Shown: piece after piece, positions 52,102-61,605 of the stretch
Layout: each line of letters begins with the position of its first letter
Numbering within the stretch: the stretch's first letter is position 1
Assembly: GCA_963778655.1 (NCBI GenBank)
Contig: CAVZVA010000010.1
Location: 1,696,001-1,760,000, forward strand
Length of the DNA: 64,000 bases
Direction: 5' to 3'
DNA from: an uncultured delta proteobacterium
Lineage (GTDB): Bacteria; Myxococcota_A; Polyangia; Polyangiales; JAFGIB01
The notes under the pieces: generated by a model
Seen by the model: the letters and a program-made list of their open reading frames with translations, nothing else
Told to the model about the DNA's origin: nothing
Database searches by the model: none
Program-made: the position numbers and the translations under genes

Positions 52102-52292
52102 CTAAATCAGAGCTCGCGATTCGGGATCGAATCACAAACTCTGATTTCTCCTTTGATTGTCAGGGAGTCGCGCCGACTCCTGTGCGCGAGGCAAAGCCTC
52201 GCGCATTCACCCTCTCGCGGTGGTGCGGCATCGGCCGCAGCGCTAAATGACCGATCGGCATGGCCGTTCCCGAATCGTGATCGGTCATCTAG
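52102..52292. mobile_element. MITE-like structured repeat (family B), copy 1
   Basis: 191 bp, nearly identical to 59624-59815; imperfect terminal inverted repeats and several internal hairpins. Confidence 0.75.
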
Positions 52293-52303
52293 AGTGGACC
52301 CGC

Positions 52304-53497
52304 ATGTCGTTTCTGCGTCGTGTCCGTGCCCGTGCTCGCGCGCTGCCAGCAGTCGGCTGCGCGTTGCTGGCCTGGGGCTGCGGCGGTGCGGTGGCGACGG
52401 AGCCGGCGGCAACGCCTGCAGCTGCGGGCGCGCCGGCTGCCCGCCCGCGCTTCGTGTCGCCGTACAGCTACGAGTGGTTCGTGCGTGCGGAGTTGCTCGA
52501 AGCCCGCGGCCAGCACGCCGCAGCGGCCGAGGCCTACCGCATGGCCATGGCCGACGCAGACGACGACCCCTACCTGTTCGCGCGGCTGGCGTTGGCGCTG
52601 GATGGGGCCGGCGACGCCGCCGGCGCGCAGCACGCGCTTGCGGCGGGCTTGCAGCTCGACCCGCATTCGGAAGCGGTGTGGCTGGCGCGCGCCCGCATCG
52701 CGCGGCGGCACGGCGCGCTGGCCCGGGCGTTCGAGGCCTACGAGCGCGCCGAGACCGCGGCCCCGCGCTCGCCCGATGCGCCGCTCGAGCTGGCCCAGCT
52801 GCTGCGCGAGCACAGCCAGCCCGAGCGCGCGGTCGCCGTGCTCGAGCGCTTCGCGGCGCGCAGCGATGCCGGCAGCCGCGCCGCGCTGCAGGCGTCGATC
52901 GCGCTGGCCCTGGCGCGCGGCGACGGCGAGGCCCTCGCCGGTGCGGTGCGCCAGGACCTGGCGCGCGACGCCGGGGACGCGCCGCTGCTGCGCCGCACCG
53001 CCGCCGAGCTGCTTGCACAGGGCAGGGCCGCGCTGGCGTCCAGGGTGCTCTCGGTGCTGCCGGCCGCGCCCGAGGACGCACGCCTGCGGCTGGCGGTCGC
53101 GCTCGCGCTGGAGCAGCGCGAGCGCGTGGAGCTGCTGCTGCGCGACACGCCGCCCGAAGCCCTCGGCGGCCCGCTCGAGATGGCCGAGGCCTACCTGCGC
53201 ATCGGCCAACCACAGCGCGCGCTGGCGCTGCTCGAGGAGGCGGACGGCACGAGCGACTCCGACCCGCACCGCGGTGCGCTGTTGCGGGGCAGGGCGCTGG
53301 TCGCGCTGGGGCGGCCGGCCGAGGCCGCCGCGGCGCTCGCGCAGATCCCGCGCGGCTCCGCGTACCATGCGCGCGCGGTGCGGGCGCTAGCGCAGGCGCT
53401 GCAGGTCGCGGGCCTGCCCGCGCTCGCGCTCGAGGTCGAGGGCCGCGCCCGCACGGACGAGGCAGGCCATCCAGCCGAGGCGCCGCCGGCTCAGTGA
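52304..53497 (+). CDS. TPR-repeat lipoprotein
   Basis: Lipobox-like LAWGC; repeated TPR-like helices. Confidence 0.7.
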   Translation: MSFLRRVRARARALPAVGCALLAWGCGGAVATEPAATPAAAGAPAARPRFVSPYSYEWFVRAELLEARGQHAAAAEAYRMAMADADDDPYLFARLALALDGAGDAAGAQHALAAGLQLDPHSEAVWLARARIARRHGALARAFEAYERAETAAPRSPDAPLELAQLLREHSQPERAVAVLERFAARSDAGSRAALQASIALALARGDGEALAGAVRQDLARDAGDAPLLRRTAAELLAQGRAALASRVLSVLPAAPEDARLRLAVALALEQRERVELLLRDTPPEALGGPLEMAEAYLRIGQPQRALALLEEADGTSDSDPHRGALLRGRALVALGRPAEAAAALAQIPRGSAYHARAVRALAQALQVAGLPALALEVEGRARTDEAGHPAEAPPAQ

Positions 53498-53849
53498 GCC
53501 GGGCCGGTGCCGCTCGATTCCGGGGCCGGGTCCGTGGTCAGCGACTGGGGCGCGAGCAAGCGCGCCACTTCGACCAGCAGGTGCTTGCGGGGCGCGATCG
53601 GCGTCCAGCCGTCGTGCTCGAGTTGCTCCAGAGTCTGCAGGCCGAGCAGCAACGCTGGACAACCACGCAGCCGCAGCGGGCCCGCCTTTCGCGACGCCGC
53701 CCCGCCCCGTCCCCGGCGCGTGACCCCACGCATCGGACTCTCCTGTCCCGGGCGCGCGGTCGTAGCGCCGCCCGTTGGGATCAACGATGTCGGCTCGGGG
53801 AGCATTCCCTGGCCCGGACGAATGGCCGCGAAGGCCCGTGGGTGCTCCT

Positions 53850-56522
53850 TCAGTGCGGGGTCGATTGGAACGGCGCCTGGCAGGGCTGCGGGTCGGCGAT
53901 CCAAGCGCTTTCGAGCTGATCGAGCAGCGGATTGTGGATCAGCGTCCCGAGCGGCGGCATCTGGACCGGGTTGCCCGAGGAGTCCACGCCCACCACGTCG
54001 CGCACGTAAAGCAGCGAGTTGGCTTTGTCCCCCGGAATGATCTTGGTGCACAGGTTGCTGTCGACGTCAGTGGCCGAATAGGTCGGGATCTCGTACCGCG
54101 CGTCCCAATACAGGGCGGTCCCGTGGTGACAACTGGAGCAATTCGAGTGCAGGTAGCTGCGTAGCCGACGCTCCAGCGGATAGGTGGTGTCCTCCGGGTC
54201 CGGCATCACGTGCGCGGAGCCCAGATCCTGCGCGGCGAAGGTGTCGCCGAACAGACCGAGGTGCTCCATGGCCCGCAGCTGGTTGTCGACCGTGCCGCCG
54301 TACTCGAAGTTGCGGTTGAGCATGACCGTCTGCGGGCCGAGCACCGTGCCGGGCGTCTGGTGGCACTGCAGGCAGTCGCTGCGGCTCGGGTAGAAATAGG
54401 TCTGCGTGGTCGAGGTGCCGGTCTCGTCTTCGATCTGGAAGGTAAAGGTGTTCTGGGCCGGCTTGGCCGGTCGCAGCACCGCCTCGGTCGCGTCCTGGTT
54501 CCACTGGAAGCTGTAGCGGTCCCAGTTGCCCGTATTGCGCACCACCAGGAAGCGCGTCTCCACCGGACGCAACGTGCTGGCGTCGCCGCGCTTGGCCTCG
54601 AGCTGGAACTCCTTGAGCACGATCGTGCCCTCGGGGAAGGTCCAGATGCCCGGATCGCGATAAGTGATGGTCGTGCCCGGCGGCAGCATGAAGAAACGGC
54701 GTTTGATTGCGCCGTCGGTCCACAGCGGCGACTTCACGTCGAACGGCACGAAGCCGGCCACGGGGTTGCGCCCGACGCTATCGGTGAAGCAGCCGGTGTC
54801 GGTCAGCTTGGAGCCGTCGGCCGGCACCGTCGCAAGACAGTCCGCGTCGTAGCTGCGCGTGGGCAGGCCGTAGGGCGCGCGGTCGCTCGGGCCGTTGTAC
54901 ACGTTGACGTAGGCCTGGCTCGGACCGCCGCCCGCGGGGGTTTCGAGCCAGCCGACCACCGGCTCGTCGCCTGCGGTGCGCACCAGGCTGGGCGAGCTGG
55001 AGTCCGAGCCGGGCGTGCGCGCCAGCGAGGCCCCCAGCGGTTGGAAGCGCGTGCCATCGTAGCGCTCCAGGTAGACGTGGGCGTTCGCGGCCCCGAACGG
55101 GGTCTCGCGAAACGCCGCCAGCCAGGCCCCGCCGGCTGCCCCGACCACGATGCGGTCGGCCGCGTGCGCACTGTTCAGGAAGGCCATGTCGTGGCTCAGG
55201 GCTTGCCAACCGCTGCCGTCCCAGTGCGTGCTGCCCTCGCCCTGCGCGCTGAGCAGCACGTCGCTGCCCGAGGCCGTGCCCACAGCGAAATCGGCGCTCG
55301 GCGAGGGCAGCGCGGGATTGCTATCGAGCGGCGTGAAGGCGCTGCCGTCGAAGCGCAGCACGTGGACCCCGGGGCTGCTGCCGTGGGTGTCGTAGGCCAG
55401 CACGATCGCGCCGCCCGGGTCGGTCGCGTGGCGCAACCCTTGCAGGTCGTCGAGGGTGTACGGACCCAGATCCTGGAACGCGCTGTCGTGCCAGGCGTAG
55501 GCGCGCAGCACGGGGATCGGTCCGCTGGCAACGTCGTCGAAGACCACCACCGGCTCGCCCGCGGCGTTGCTGCCGAGCGCGGGCGCGTAGCTGCCGCCGC
55601 CATCGTCGTTGGGGCCGGGGCCGAGCGCCTGCCAGGCGCTGCCGTCCCAGCGCTGCACCACCACCGCGCCGCCGCTCGTGCGAAACGCGCTCAGCGGCTC
55701 GCCGTCCGCGCCCACCGCGAGCGAGATGCTGGGGCCGGAGCCGGCGGTGACGAGCGCAGCCGTCGCATCGAGCTGGCCGCCGAGGGCTTGCCACGTGCCG
55801 CCGTCGAAGCGCGAGGCGAACAGCGCGCCGTCCTCCACGAACAGCGCGAGCACCCGGCCCATGTCGTCGAGGGCCAGCGCGAGCTCGCTGACCGAGCTGC
55901 CGGCCGAGCGGTTGAGCGCGTCGCCCAGCGTGCGCCAGACCGGCATCGAGAACGCGATCTCGACCGGCGCGAGCGGATTGCCCGCGAGGTCGGCCAGCGT
56001 CGAGGTCAGCTGCAAGCGCAACGCCGCCGGCAGCGAGGGCGGGTCGAGCAGGTGGACCGTCAGCTCGCGGCCGTCCGCGCTCGGCACGAGCTCGATCGCC
56101 AGCTCGTCGCCGGTGTTGTCGTCGAGCAAGTGCACCGCGCCGTCTGGGGCCGTGACCGGCTCGGAGAAGGTCAGCAAAGGCTCGGTGTCCCAGCGCACGG
56201 CGTCGTCGCCGTCAGCCGGCGTGCTGGACACCAGCTTCGGGGGCGTGTGGTCCGGCGGTCCGCTGTCCATGACCATGGCCGCGTCCGGCCCGGCCTCCGG
56301 CGAGCCCGCGTCCGGTCCGGCGTCGGACATCCCCGTCATCGGCTTGCCCGCGTCCGGCGCCGCGGCGTCGGCACCAGCGCCGCCCCCGTGCTGCCCGGCA
56401 TCGCTGCGCGACCCCGCGTCGTGTCCCGGCTTCGTCGCCGACCCGCTTCCACAGCCGGCGCTCAGCGCGCAGCACAGCGCCGCAACCTTCCAGCATCGTC
56501 GCGGTCGCAGCAGGTCGTTCAT
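53850..56522 (-). CDS. Lipoprotein with Ig-like domain, beta-propeller-like repeats and C-terminal diheme cytochrome c (SO2930-like)
   Basis: LSAGC lipobox; PPKLVSSTPADG..LTFSEPV; WDGSAWQALG repeats; SPLWTDGAIKRRF, FPEGT, CLQCH, YLHSNCSSCH, QMPPLG. Confidence 0.82.
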   Translation of the reverse strand: MNDLLRPRRCWKVAALCCALSAGCGSGSATKPGHDAGSRSDAGQHGGGAGADAAAPDAGKPMTGMSDAGPDAGSPEAGPDAAMVMDSGPPDHTPPKLVSSTPADGDDAVRWDTEPLLTFSEPVTAPDGAVHLLDDNTGDELAIELVPSADGRELTVHLLDPPSLPAALRLQLTSTLADLAGNPLAPVEIAFSMPVWRTLGDALNRSAGSSVSELALALDDMGRVLALFVEDGALFASRFDGGTWQALGGQLDATAALVTAGSGPSISLAVGADGEPLSAFRTSGGAVVVQRWDGSAWQALGPGPNDDGGGSYAPALGSNAAGEPVVVFDDVASGPIPVLRAYAWHDSAFQDLGPYTLDDLQGLRHATDPGGAIVLAYDTHGSSPGVHVLRFDGSAFTPLDSNPALPSPSADFAVGTASGSDVLLSAQGEGSTHWDGSGWQALSHDMAFLNSAHAADRIVVGAAGGAWLAAFRETPFGAANAHVYLERYDGTRFQPLGASLARTPGSDSSSPSLVRTAGDEPVVGWLETPAGGGPSQAYVNVYNGPSDRAPYGLPTRSYDADCLATVPADGSKLTDTGCFTDSVGRNPVAGFVPFDVKSPLWTDGAIKRRFFMLPPGTTITYRDPGIWTFPEGTIVLKEFQLEAKRGDASTLRPVETRFLVVRNTGNWDRYSFQWNQDATEAVLRPAKPAQNTFTFQIEDETGTSTTQTYFYPSRSDCLQCHQTPGTVLGPQTVMLNRNFEYGGTVDNQLRAMEHLGLFGDTFAAQDLGSAHVMPDPEDTTYPLERRLRSYLHSNCSSCHHGTALYWDARYEIPTYSATDVDSNLCTKIIPGDKANSLLYVRDVVGVDSSGNPVQMPPLGTLIHNPLLDQLESAWIADPQPCQAPFQSTPH

Positions 56523-56577
56523 CGCGTCACCCCATCGTCTCTATCACCGCCTGTGGTCTATCACGGCTTCGCGGGCA

Positions 56578-56610
56578 TCGGGCGAAGGCGAGTGGGTCGC
56601 CTTCGCCCGA
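56578..56610 (-). terminator. Strong hairpin downstream of the CHRD gene
   Basis: 14-bp perfect stem TCGGGCGAAGGCGA-GTGGG-TCGCCTTCGCCCGA; no U tract. Confidence 0.5.
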
Positions 56611-56629
56611 GCCGCTTCGGGTCGTCGAA

Positions 56630-58057
56630 TCAGGGGATCGTGCCCTCGGCCACTACCGTGGAGTCGGTGGGGCTCGCCATCACCTGGATCTTGCCGCCGC
56701 TCAGGCTGGCCAGGGCCGCGTAGTCGGTGTCGTTGCTCGGCGCGGAGCCCGAGGCGCCGTTGCCGCTGCTGTCGCCGGTGACCGAGGTCAGGGTCGTCAC
56801 CAGCTCAGGCGTGGTGTCGTTGACGACCACCGGGTACGTCGCGCCGTCGGTGAGCCCGCTGAGCGTGACCACGACCACGGGGCTGTCGATGGTGGCGCCC
56901 GACTTGATCGAGTGCACGTTGTGGATCTCGGCGGTGCCGCTGATGCCCGAGGACCCGACTGCGTTCAGCGTGACGGTCACCGGTGTGCTGCTGGTGTCGT
57001 CGTAATCGTTCATTCCAATCGGGCCGGTCGCGACCATGTTGCCCGCGTTGCCCCCGGTCCCGCCCACGTGCATCATCACGTGCGCGTCGGACATCACGAT
57101 GTCGCTGAAGGTGAGCGGGTCGTTGGTGGTGTTCACGCGGATGTCGCTCACCGACATGTCCGTGGTCTTGGAGACGTCATTGAAGGCGAAGATCTCGGTG
57201 GTCGCTCCGCTCGCGCCCGTGTGCATGTGCGCAGGCGAGTCGTTCGCGAGGGCCATGGTGCTCGGCGTCACGTCGATGGTCGCCTGCGACAGGCCGTCCT
57301 TGCGCTCTTCGAAGGTGATGGTGCCGTTGATGCCCGAGCCGGTCGCCATCTCCATGAGGTCGTAGGTGACCTTGTTGCCGGTCAGCGCGTTCTGGCCGAT
57401 GTCGCCTGCTGCGATCACCGTGGAGATCTCCATCGGGCTCTTGTGGACGTTGACGTAGCCGTCGAAGTTGAGCAGGTCCTCGTAGGTGACGGCCGTCGTG
57501 TGATCGTTGAGCGTGGTCACGACCGTGTCGCTGACTCCCGTGATGCCGTCGATGCTGTTGAGCGTGATCGCGGGCGATCCGCCCTGGGCCGCCGAGTTGT
57601 TGTGGATGTGGGAGGGATGGATTCCGGCAACGAGCCCGTCCAGCGCCACCGTCACCAGCGTGGAGTCATCCATGAACTTGGCGAAGCGCACGATGCCGTT
57701 CACGCCTGAACCGCCGGTCTCGCTCAGGTCGTAGACCACGTAGTCGCCGGTGAGCTGGGTGCGGTCGATGATGCCGCTCGGGCCAGCATCCCCCATCGCG
57801 CCCATCGCACCGGGGTCACCCATGGCGCCCATCGGGCCTGTGGCTCCGGTATCACCCTTGGGGCCGGCCGCTCCGGTCGCCCCTTTGGCGCCGTCTGCGC
57901 CGTTGGTGCCCTTGGGACCCGTGGCCCCGTCCGCACCATTGTCGCCAGGTGTGCCGTCCTTGCCGTCTGCGCCGTTCTTGCCGCTGCAGCCGGCTGCAGT
58001 AACGGCCAGCGCGGACAGCACGCAGAGTAAGCCAAGCGTTGCGCGTGCGTTTCTCAT
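56630..58057 (-). CDS. Collagen-like repeat plus CHRD-like domain lipoprotein
   Basis: TAAGC lipobox; about 23 Gly-X-Y triplets; HPSHIH..YVNVH and SPAHMH..HVMMH repeats. Confidence 0.82.
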   Translation of the reverse strand: MRNARATLGLLCVLSALAVTAAGCSGKNGADGKDGTPGDNGADGATGPKGTNGADGAKGATGAAGPKGDTGATGPMGAMGDPGAMGAMGDAGPSGIIDRTQLTGDYVVYDLSETGGSGVNGIVRFAKFMDDSTLVTVALDGLVAGIHPSHIHNNSAAQGGSPAITLNSIDGITGVSDTVVTTLNDHTTAVTYEDLLNFDGYVNVHKSPMEISTVIAAGDIGQNALTGNKVTYDLMEMATGSGINGTITFEERKDGLSQATIDVTPSTMALANDSPAHMHTGASGATTEIFAFNDVSKTTDMSVSDIRVNTTNDPLTFSDIVMSDAHVMMHVGGTGGNAGNMVATGPIGMNDYDDTSSTPVTVTLNAVGSSGISGTAEIHNVHSIKSGATIDSPVVVVTLSGLTDGATYPVVVNDTTPELVTTLTSVTGDSSGNGASGSAPSNDTDYAALASLSGGKIQVMASPTDSTVVAEGTIP

Positions 58058-58234
58058 CGTCTCGTTCTCCGTGATTGGGCGAGCCTCCGGCCTGCGCTCA
58101 TCTCGGCGGCGCGGCAGGCATCCGACCCCTGGTTTGATGCAGGGCAATACACCCTGAGCCCACCATCCCGCAATGGTCTGCGTTACACGCGCGTCACACG
58201 TGTCGGATGTTGGGCGACCTCGCCGGTGCCGGCC

Positions 58235-59605
58235 TCAGCGGCCCGCGAGCGTCATCGAGCGTACCCGAAACGTGGGTACACAGACCGAGGTGCGGTGATC
58301 GAGATCGTCGGCCACCGCGTCGATACGCTTGAGCAAATCGTCGAGGTTCAGCGAGATGGTGACCTCGCTCACGGGGAACGCGCGCTCGCCCTTGTCGATC
58401 AAGAATCCGGCCGCGCCGCGGCTGAAGTCGCCGGTGACCGCATTGAAGCCGAATCCCATCATGTCGGTCACATACAGCGCGCGCTCGGTGCCGCGCAGCA
58501 ATTGCTCGGGGCTCAGGCTGCCCGGCTGCAGGAAGAAGTTGCTGGTGGACGCGCCCACGCCACCGCTCGAGCCGCGCGAGGCGCTGGCGCTGCTCTGCGC
58601 GTGCAGCTTGCGCGCGCTGTAGCTGTCGAGCAGGAAGCGCTCGAGCTTGCCCGCATGGACCACCAGGTTGCGGCGCGACAGCAGGCCCTCGCCGTCGAAT
58701 GCCCGTGAGCCGGGCGCGCGTGGGATCAGCGGGTCGTCGACCACGGTGACCTGATCGCTGGCCACCAGGTCGCCCTCGCGCTCGGCCAGATAGCTGGCCT
58801 TGCGCCACACCGCGCCGCCGGTGATGCAGCTGGCCAACAGGCCGAGGATCGAGCGTCCCGCGCTGGGGTCGAAGATCACGGCGATTTCCTGGGTCTCGAG
58901 CTTGCGCGAGCCGAGCTTGGCCAGGGTGCGGCGCGCGGCTTCCTCGCCCACCGCCTCCGGGCTTTCCAGCTCGGCCAGGTGGCGGCGCGCGCTCCAGTAG
59001 TAGCCGCTGCGCTTCTTGCCGTCCTCGTCGTCGGCTACCGGGTTGACCACCAGCGAGGCGTAGGTCCCGCGCTGCGCGGCCGCGAAGCCGCCGCTGGTGA
59101 CCAGCGCGCTGGCGCCGGACTGGCGGCTCATCGAGGCGCCTTCGCTGTTGGTCAGACGCGGGTCGCGATCGAGCGCGGCCTTCTCTGCCCGGGTGGCCAT
59201 CTGCAGCGCGCGCGCGCCGTCGATAGCGTCGACCGCCGGGTCGAACAGGTCGAGGTCGGCGTGCTGCGCGGGCTTGGACAGCAGCGCCTTATCGGGCGGG
59301 CCCGCGAACGGGTCGGGCTGCGCCAGCGCCGCCAGCTCGAGCGCGTCCTGCACCAGGCGCTGCAGGCCCGCCGAGCTCGTGTCGCTGGTATAGGTGACGG
59401 CCACCTGCTGGCCACGCATCACGCGCAGCCCCAGCGAGCGCGAGCCCGCTTCTTCCAGCAGCTCGGGCTGGCCGAGCCGCACCTTGGCCGAGAGGTGCCG
59501 GCCCTCGCTGGCGACCGCTTCGGCCACGTCCGCGCCCGCGGCACGCGCCTTGTCGGCGACATCGCCTGCCAGCGCGATCAGAGCGTCGAGATCGTAGTCA
59601 GCCAC
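58235..59605 (-). CDS. pmbA: PmbA/TldE family protein
   Basis: AGADVAE, VVDDP...SRAFDGEG, VTGDFSRGAAGF, VSEVTI. Confidence 0.92.
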   Translation of the reverse strand: MADYDLDALIALAGDVADKARAAGADVAEAVASEGRHLSAKVRLGQPELLEEAGSRSLGLRVMRGQQVAVTYTSDTSSAGLQRLVQDALELAALAQPDPFAGPPDKALLSKPAQHADLDLFDPAVDAIDGARALQMATRAEKAALDRDPRLTNSEGASMSRQSGASALVTSGGFAAAQRGTYASLVVNPVADDEDGKKRSGYYWSARRHLAELESPEAVGEEAARRTLAKLGSRKLETQEIAVIFDPSAGRSILGLLASCITGGAVWRKASYLAEREGDLVASDQVTVVDDPLIPRAPGSRAFDGEGLLSRRNLVVHAGKLERFLLDSYSARKLHAQSSASASRGSSGGVGASTSNFFLQPGSLSPEQLLRGTERALYVTDMMGFGFNAVTGDFSRGAAGFLIDKGERAFPVSEVTISLNLDDLLKRIDAVADDLDHRTSVCVPTFRVRSMTLAGR

Positions 59606-59623
59606 GTGTGGAAACCCGCTGCT

Positions 59624-59815
59624 CCAAATCAGAGCTCGCGATTCGGGATCGAATCACAAACTCTGATTTCTCCTTTGATTGTCAGGGAGTCGCGCCGACT
59701 CCCTGTGCGCGAGGCAAAGCCTCGCGCATTGACCCTCTCGCGGTGGTGCGGCATCAGCCGCACCGCTAAATGACCGATCGGCACGGCCGTTCCCGAATCG
59801 TGATCGGTCATTTAG
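59624..59815. mobile_element. MITE-like structured repeat (family B), copy 2
   Basis: 192 bp; between tldD and pmbA; terminal TTAG overlaps the tldD stop codon. Confidence 0.75.
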
Positions 59816-61260
59816 CCCGCCTGCGTTCCACCGACCGTGACCGCCGAGATCTTGATCGTGGGACAGCCCACACCCACCGGCACCGACTGCCCGTCCTTGC
59901 CGCAGGTCCAGATGCCGTCCGAGGTCTCGAGGTCGTTGCCCAGCATGGTGATGCGGCGCATCACCTCCGGGCCGTTGCCGATCAGGTTCACGCCCTTGAG
60001 CGGCGCGGTGATCTTGCCGTGCTCGATCAGGTAGCTTTCGGTCAGCGAGAACACGAAGTCGCCGTTGGAGATGTCGACCTGGCCGCCGCCGAACTTCTTG
60101 GCGTACACGCCGCGCTCGACGCTGCGCAGGATCTCCTCCGGGTCGTGCGGGCCTGCCAGCAGCATGGTGTTGGTCATGCGCGGCATCGGGTGCGCCTGGA
60201 AGCTCTCGCGCCGGCCGTTGCCGGACGGCTCGGTCTTGAAGAACCCCGCCGAGTGCCGGTCGTGCATGTAGCCGGCGAGGATGCCGTTCTCGATCAGCAC
60301 CGCGCGCCGCGGCTCGTTGCCTTCGTCATCGACGTTGATGCTGCCGCGCGAGCCGCCCAGCGTGGCGTCGTCGACCACCGTACACAGCTCGCTCGCCACT
60401 TCTTGCCCCACGCGGCCGGTGTAGTTGCTGGTGCCCTTGCGGTTGAAGTCCGCCTCCAGGCCGTGGCCCACCGCCTCGTGCAGCAGAATGCCGCTGTCGC
60501 CGGGTGCGAGCACCACCGGCAGCTCGCCGGCAGGCGATTCGCGTGCGTCGAGCATCGCCAGCGCGTGGCGCACCGCCTCGTTGGCGTGCCACTCGGGCGA
60601 GCGTTGCTCGAAGTACGATAGCCCGGTGCGCCCGCCGCCGCCGGAGCTGCCCGACTGGCGCTTGGATCCGTCCTGCGCGATCACGCGCACGCCGAAGCGG
60701 ATCAGCGGCTGGCGATCGCCCACCAGCTTGCCGTCGCTGGTGGCTATCAGGATCTCCCGCAGCTCCTCGTGCAGCGAAGCTTCGACCCGGATGATGCGCG
60801 GGTCGAGCGCGCGCGCGGCGGCGTCCGCGCGCAACAGCAGCGCGCGCTTGACCTCGCCCTGCACGTCGAGCGAGGCCTGCGAAAGCGCATAGCGCTGCGG
60901 CAAATCGCGCGGCCGCAGCTCGACCGGTGGCGGGCTGCCCTGGCCGCCGGCGGCGATCTGCGCGGCGGTGCGGGCCGCGCCCGCCATCGCCTCGGGGGTC
61001 AGATCCTGCACGTAGGCGTAGCCGGTGGCGTCGCCCTTCATCACGCGCACCCCCAGGCCCATCGTCACCGAGCGCCCGGCCGAGATCAGAATGCCCTCCT
61101 CGAGCGCATAGCTGCCCGAGGCGGCGTACTCGAAGAACAGGTCCGCGTAGTCCCCGCCCTGCGACAGCGCGGTCGCGAGCAGCCGCCGCGCGATCGCCGC
61201 GTCGACCGGCATGCCGCCGCCCGCCGCAAACGGTGCCACGTAACGAGAGGTCGAGAGCAT
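59812..61260 (-). CDS. tldD: TldD metalloprotease
   Basis: ILLHEAVGHGLEAD, DDEG, GNGRRES..PMPRMTNT, CGKDGQSVPVG. Confidence 0.95.
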   Translation of the reverse strand: MLSTSRYVAPFAAGGGMPVDAAIARRLLATALSQGGDYADLFFEYAASGSYALEEGILISAGRSVTMGLGVRVMKGDATGYAYVQDLTPEAMAGAARTAAQIAAGGQGSPPPVELRPRDLPQRYALSQASLDVQGEVKRALLLRADAAARALDPRIIRVEASLHEELREILIATSDGKLVGDRQPLIRFGVRVIAQDGSKRQSGSSGGGGRTGLSYFEQRSPEWHANEAVRHALAMLDARESPAGELPVVLAPGDSGILLHEAVGHGLEADFNRKGTSNYTGRVGQEVASELCTVVDDATLGGSRGSINVDDEGNEPRRAVLIENGILAGYMHDRHSAGFFKTEPSGNGRRESFQAHPMPRMTNTMLLAGPHDPEEILRSVERGVYAKKFGGGQVDISNGDFVFSLTESYLIEHGKITAPLKGVNLIGNGPEVMRRITMLGNDLETSDGIWTCGKDGQSVPVGVGCPTIKISAVTVGGTQAG

Positions 61261-61605
61261 CCCGATCAATCTAGGGACGAAGCGCGGGTTATGCCAGGGC
61301 TTTCTTGAGCGCGCGCGCGTTGCGCACCCACATCGACCCCAGCGCTCGCGGGGCCCGGCGGAAACTTCCTGCCGGGCGGGCCGCGGCGTCAACGATCAGG
61401 TTCGCAAGCTCTTCAGATGGAAGTGAGCTGCTGAGCCCGCCGAGACCACGGTTCCGGGCTCCGTGCGCGCGCGCGCCGTGGGCCTGCCGCTTCCGCCGTG
61501 GGTCTGAGCGTCGGGGTCGATCGCGTGCTCGACATGCGCCGCACCACGGTCCACGTGTGGTCGGACTCGACTGCTACGCACTGGGCCCAGCCGCCGGGTG
61601 AACGC

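Noticed and set aside
53491..53850. Small minus-strand gene ending ...LEQLEHDGWTPIAPRKHLLVEVARLLAP...
   Set aside because: The tail looks protein-like but no clear start or family could be assigned
58060..58230. c-di-GMP riboswitch upstream of the CHRD gene
   Set aside because: GCCTCCGGCCT resembles part of the motif but is on the wrong strand and lacks the GCAAA and GNRA/receptor elements; only a CATCCGAC/GTCGGATG inverted pair remains
61396..61605. Possible RiPP precursor peptide upstream of tldD
   Set aside because: The short ORFs lack a convincing RBS or leader/core pattern, and no YcaO or other modification enzymes are nearby; TldD/PmbA are commonly housekeeping
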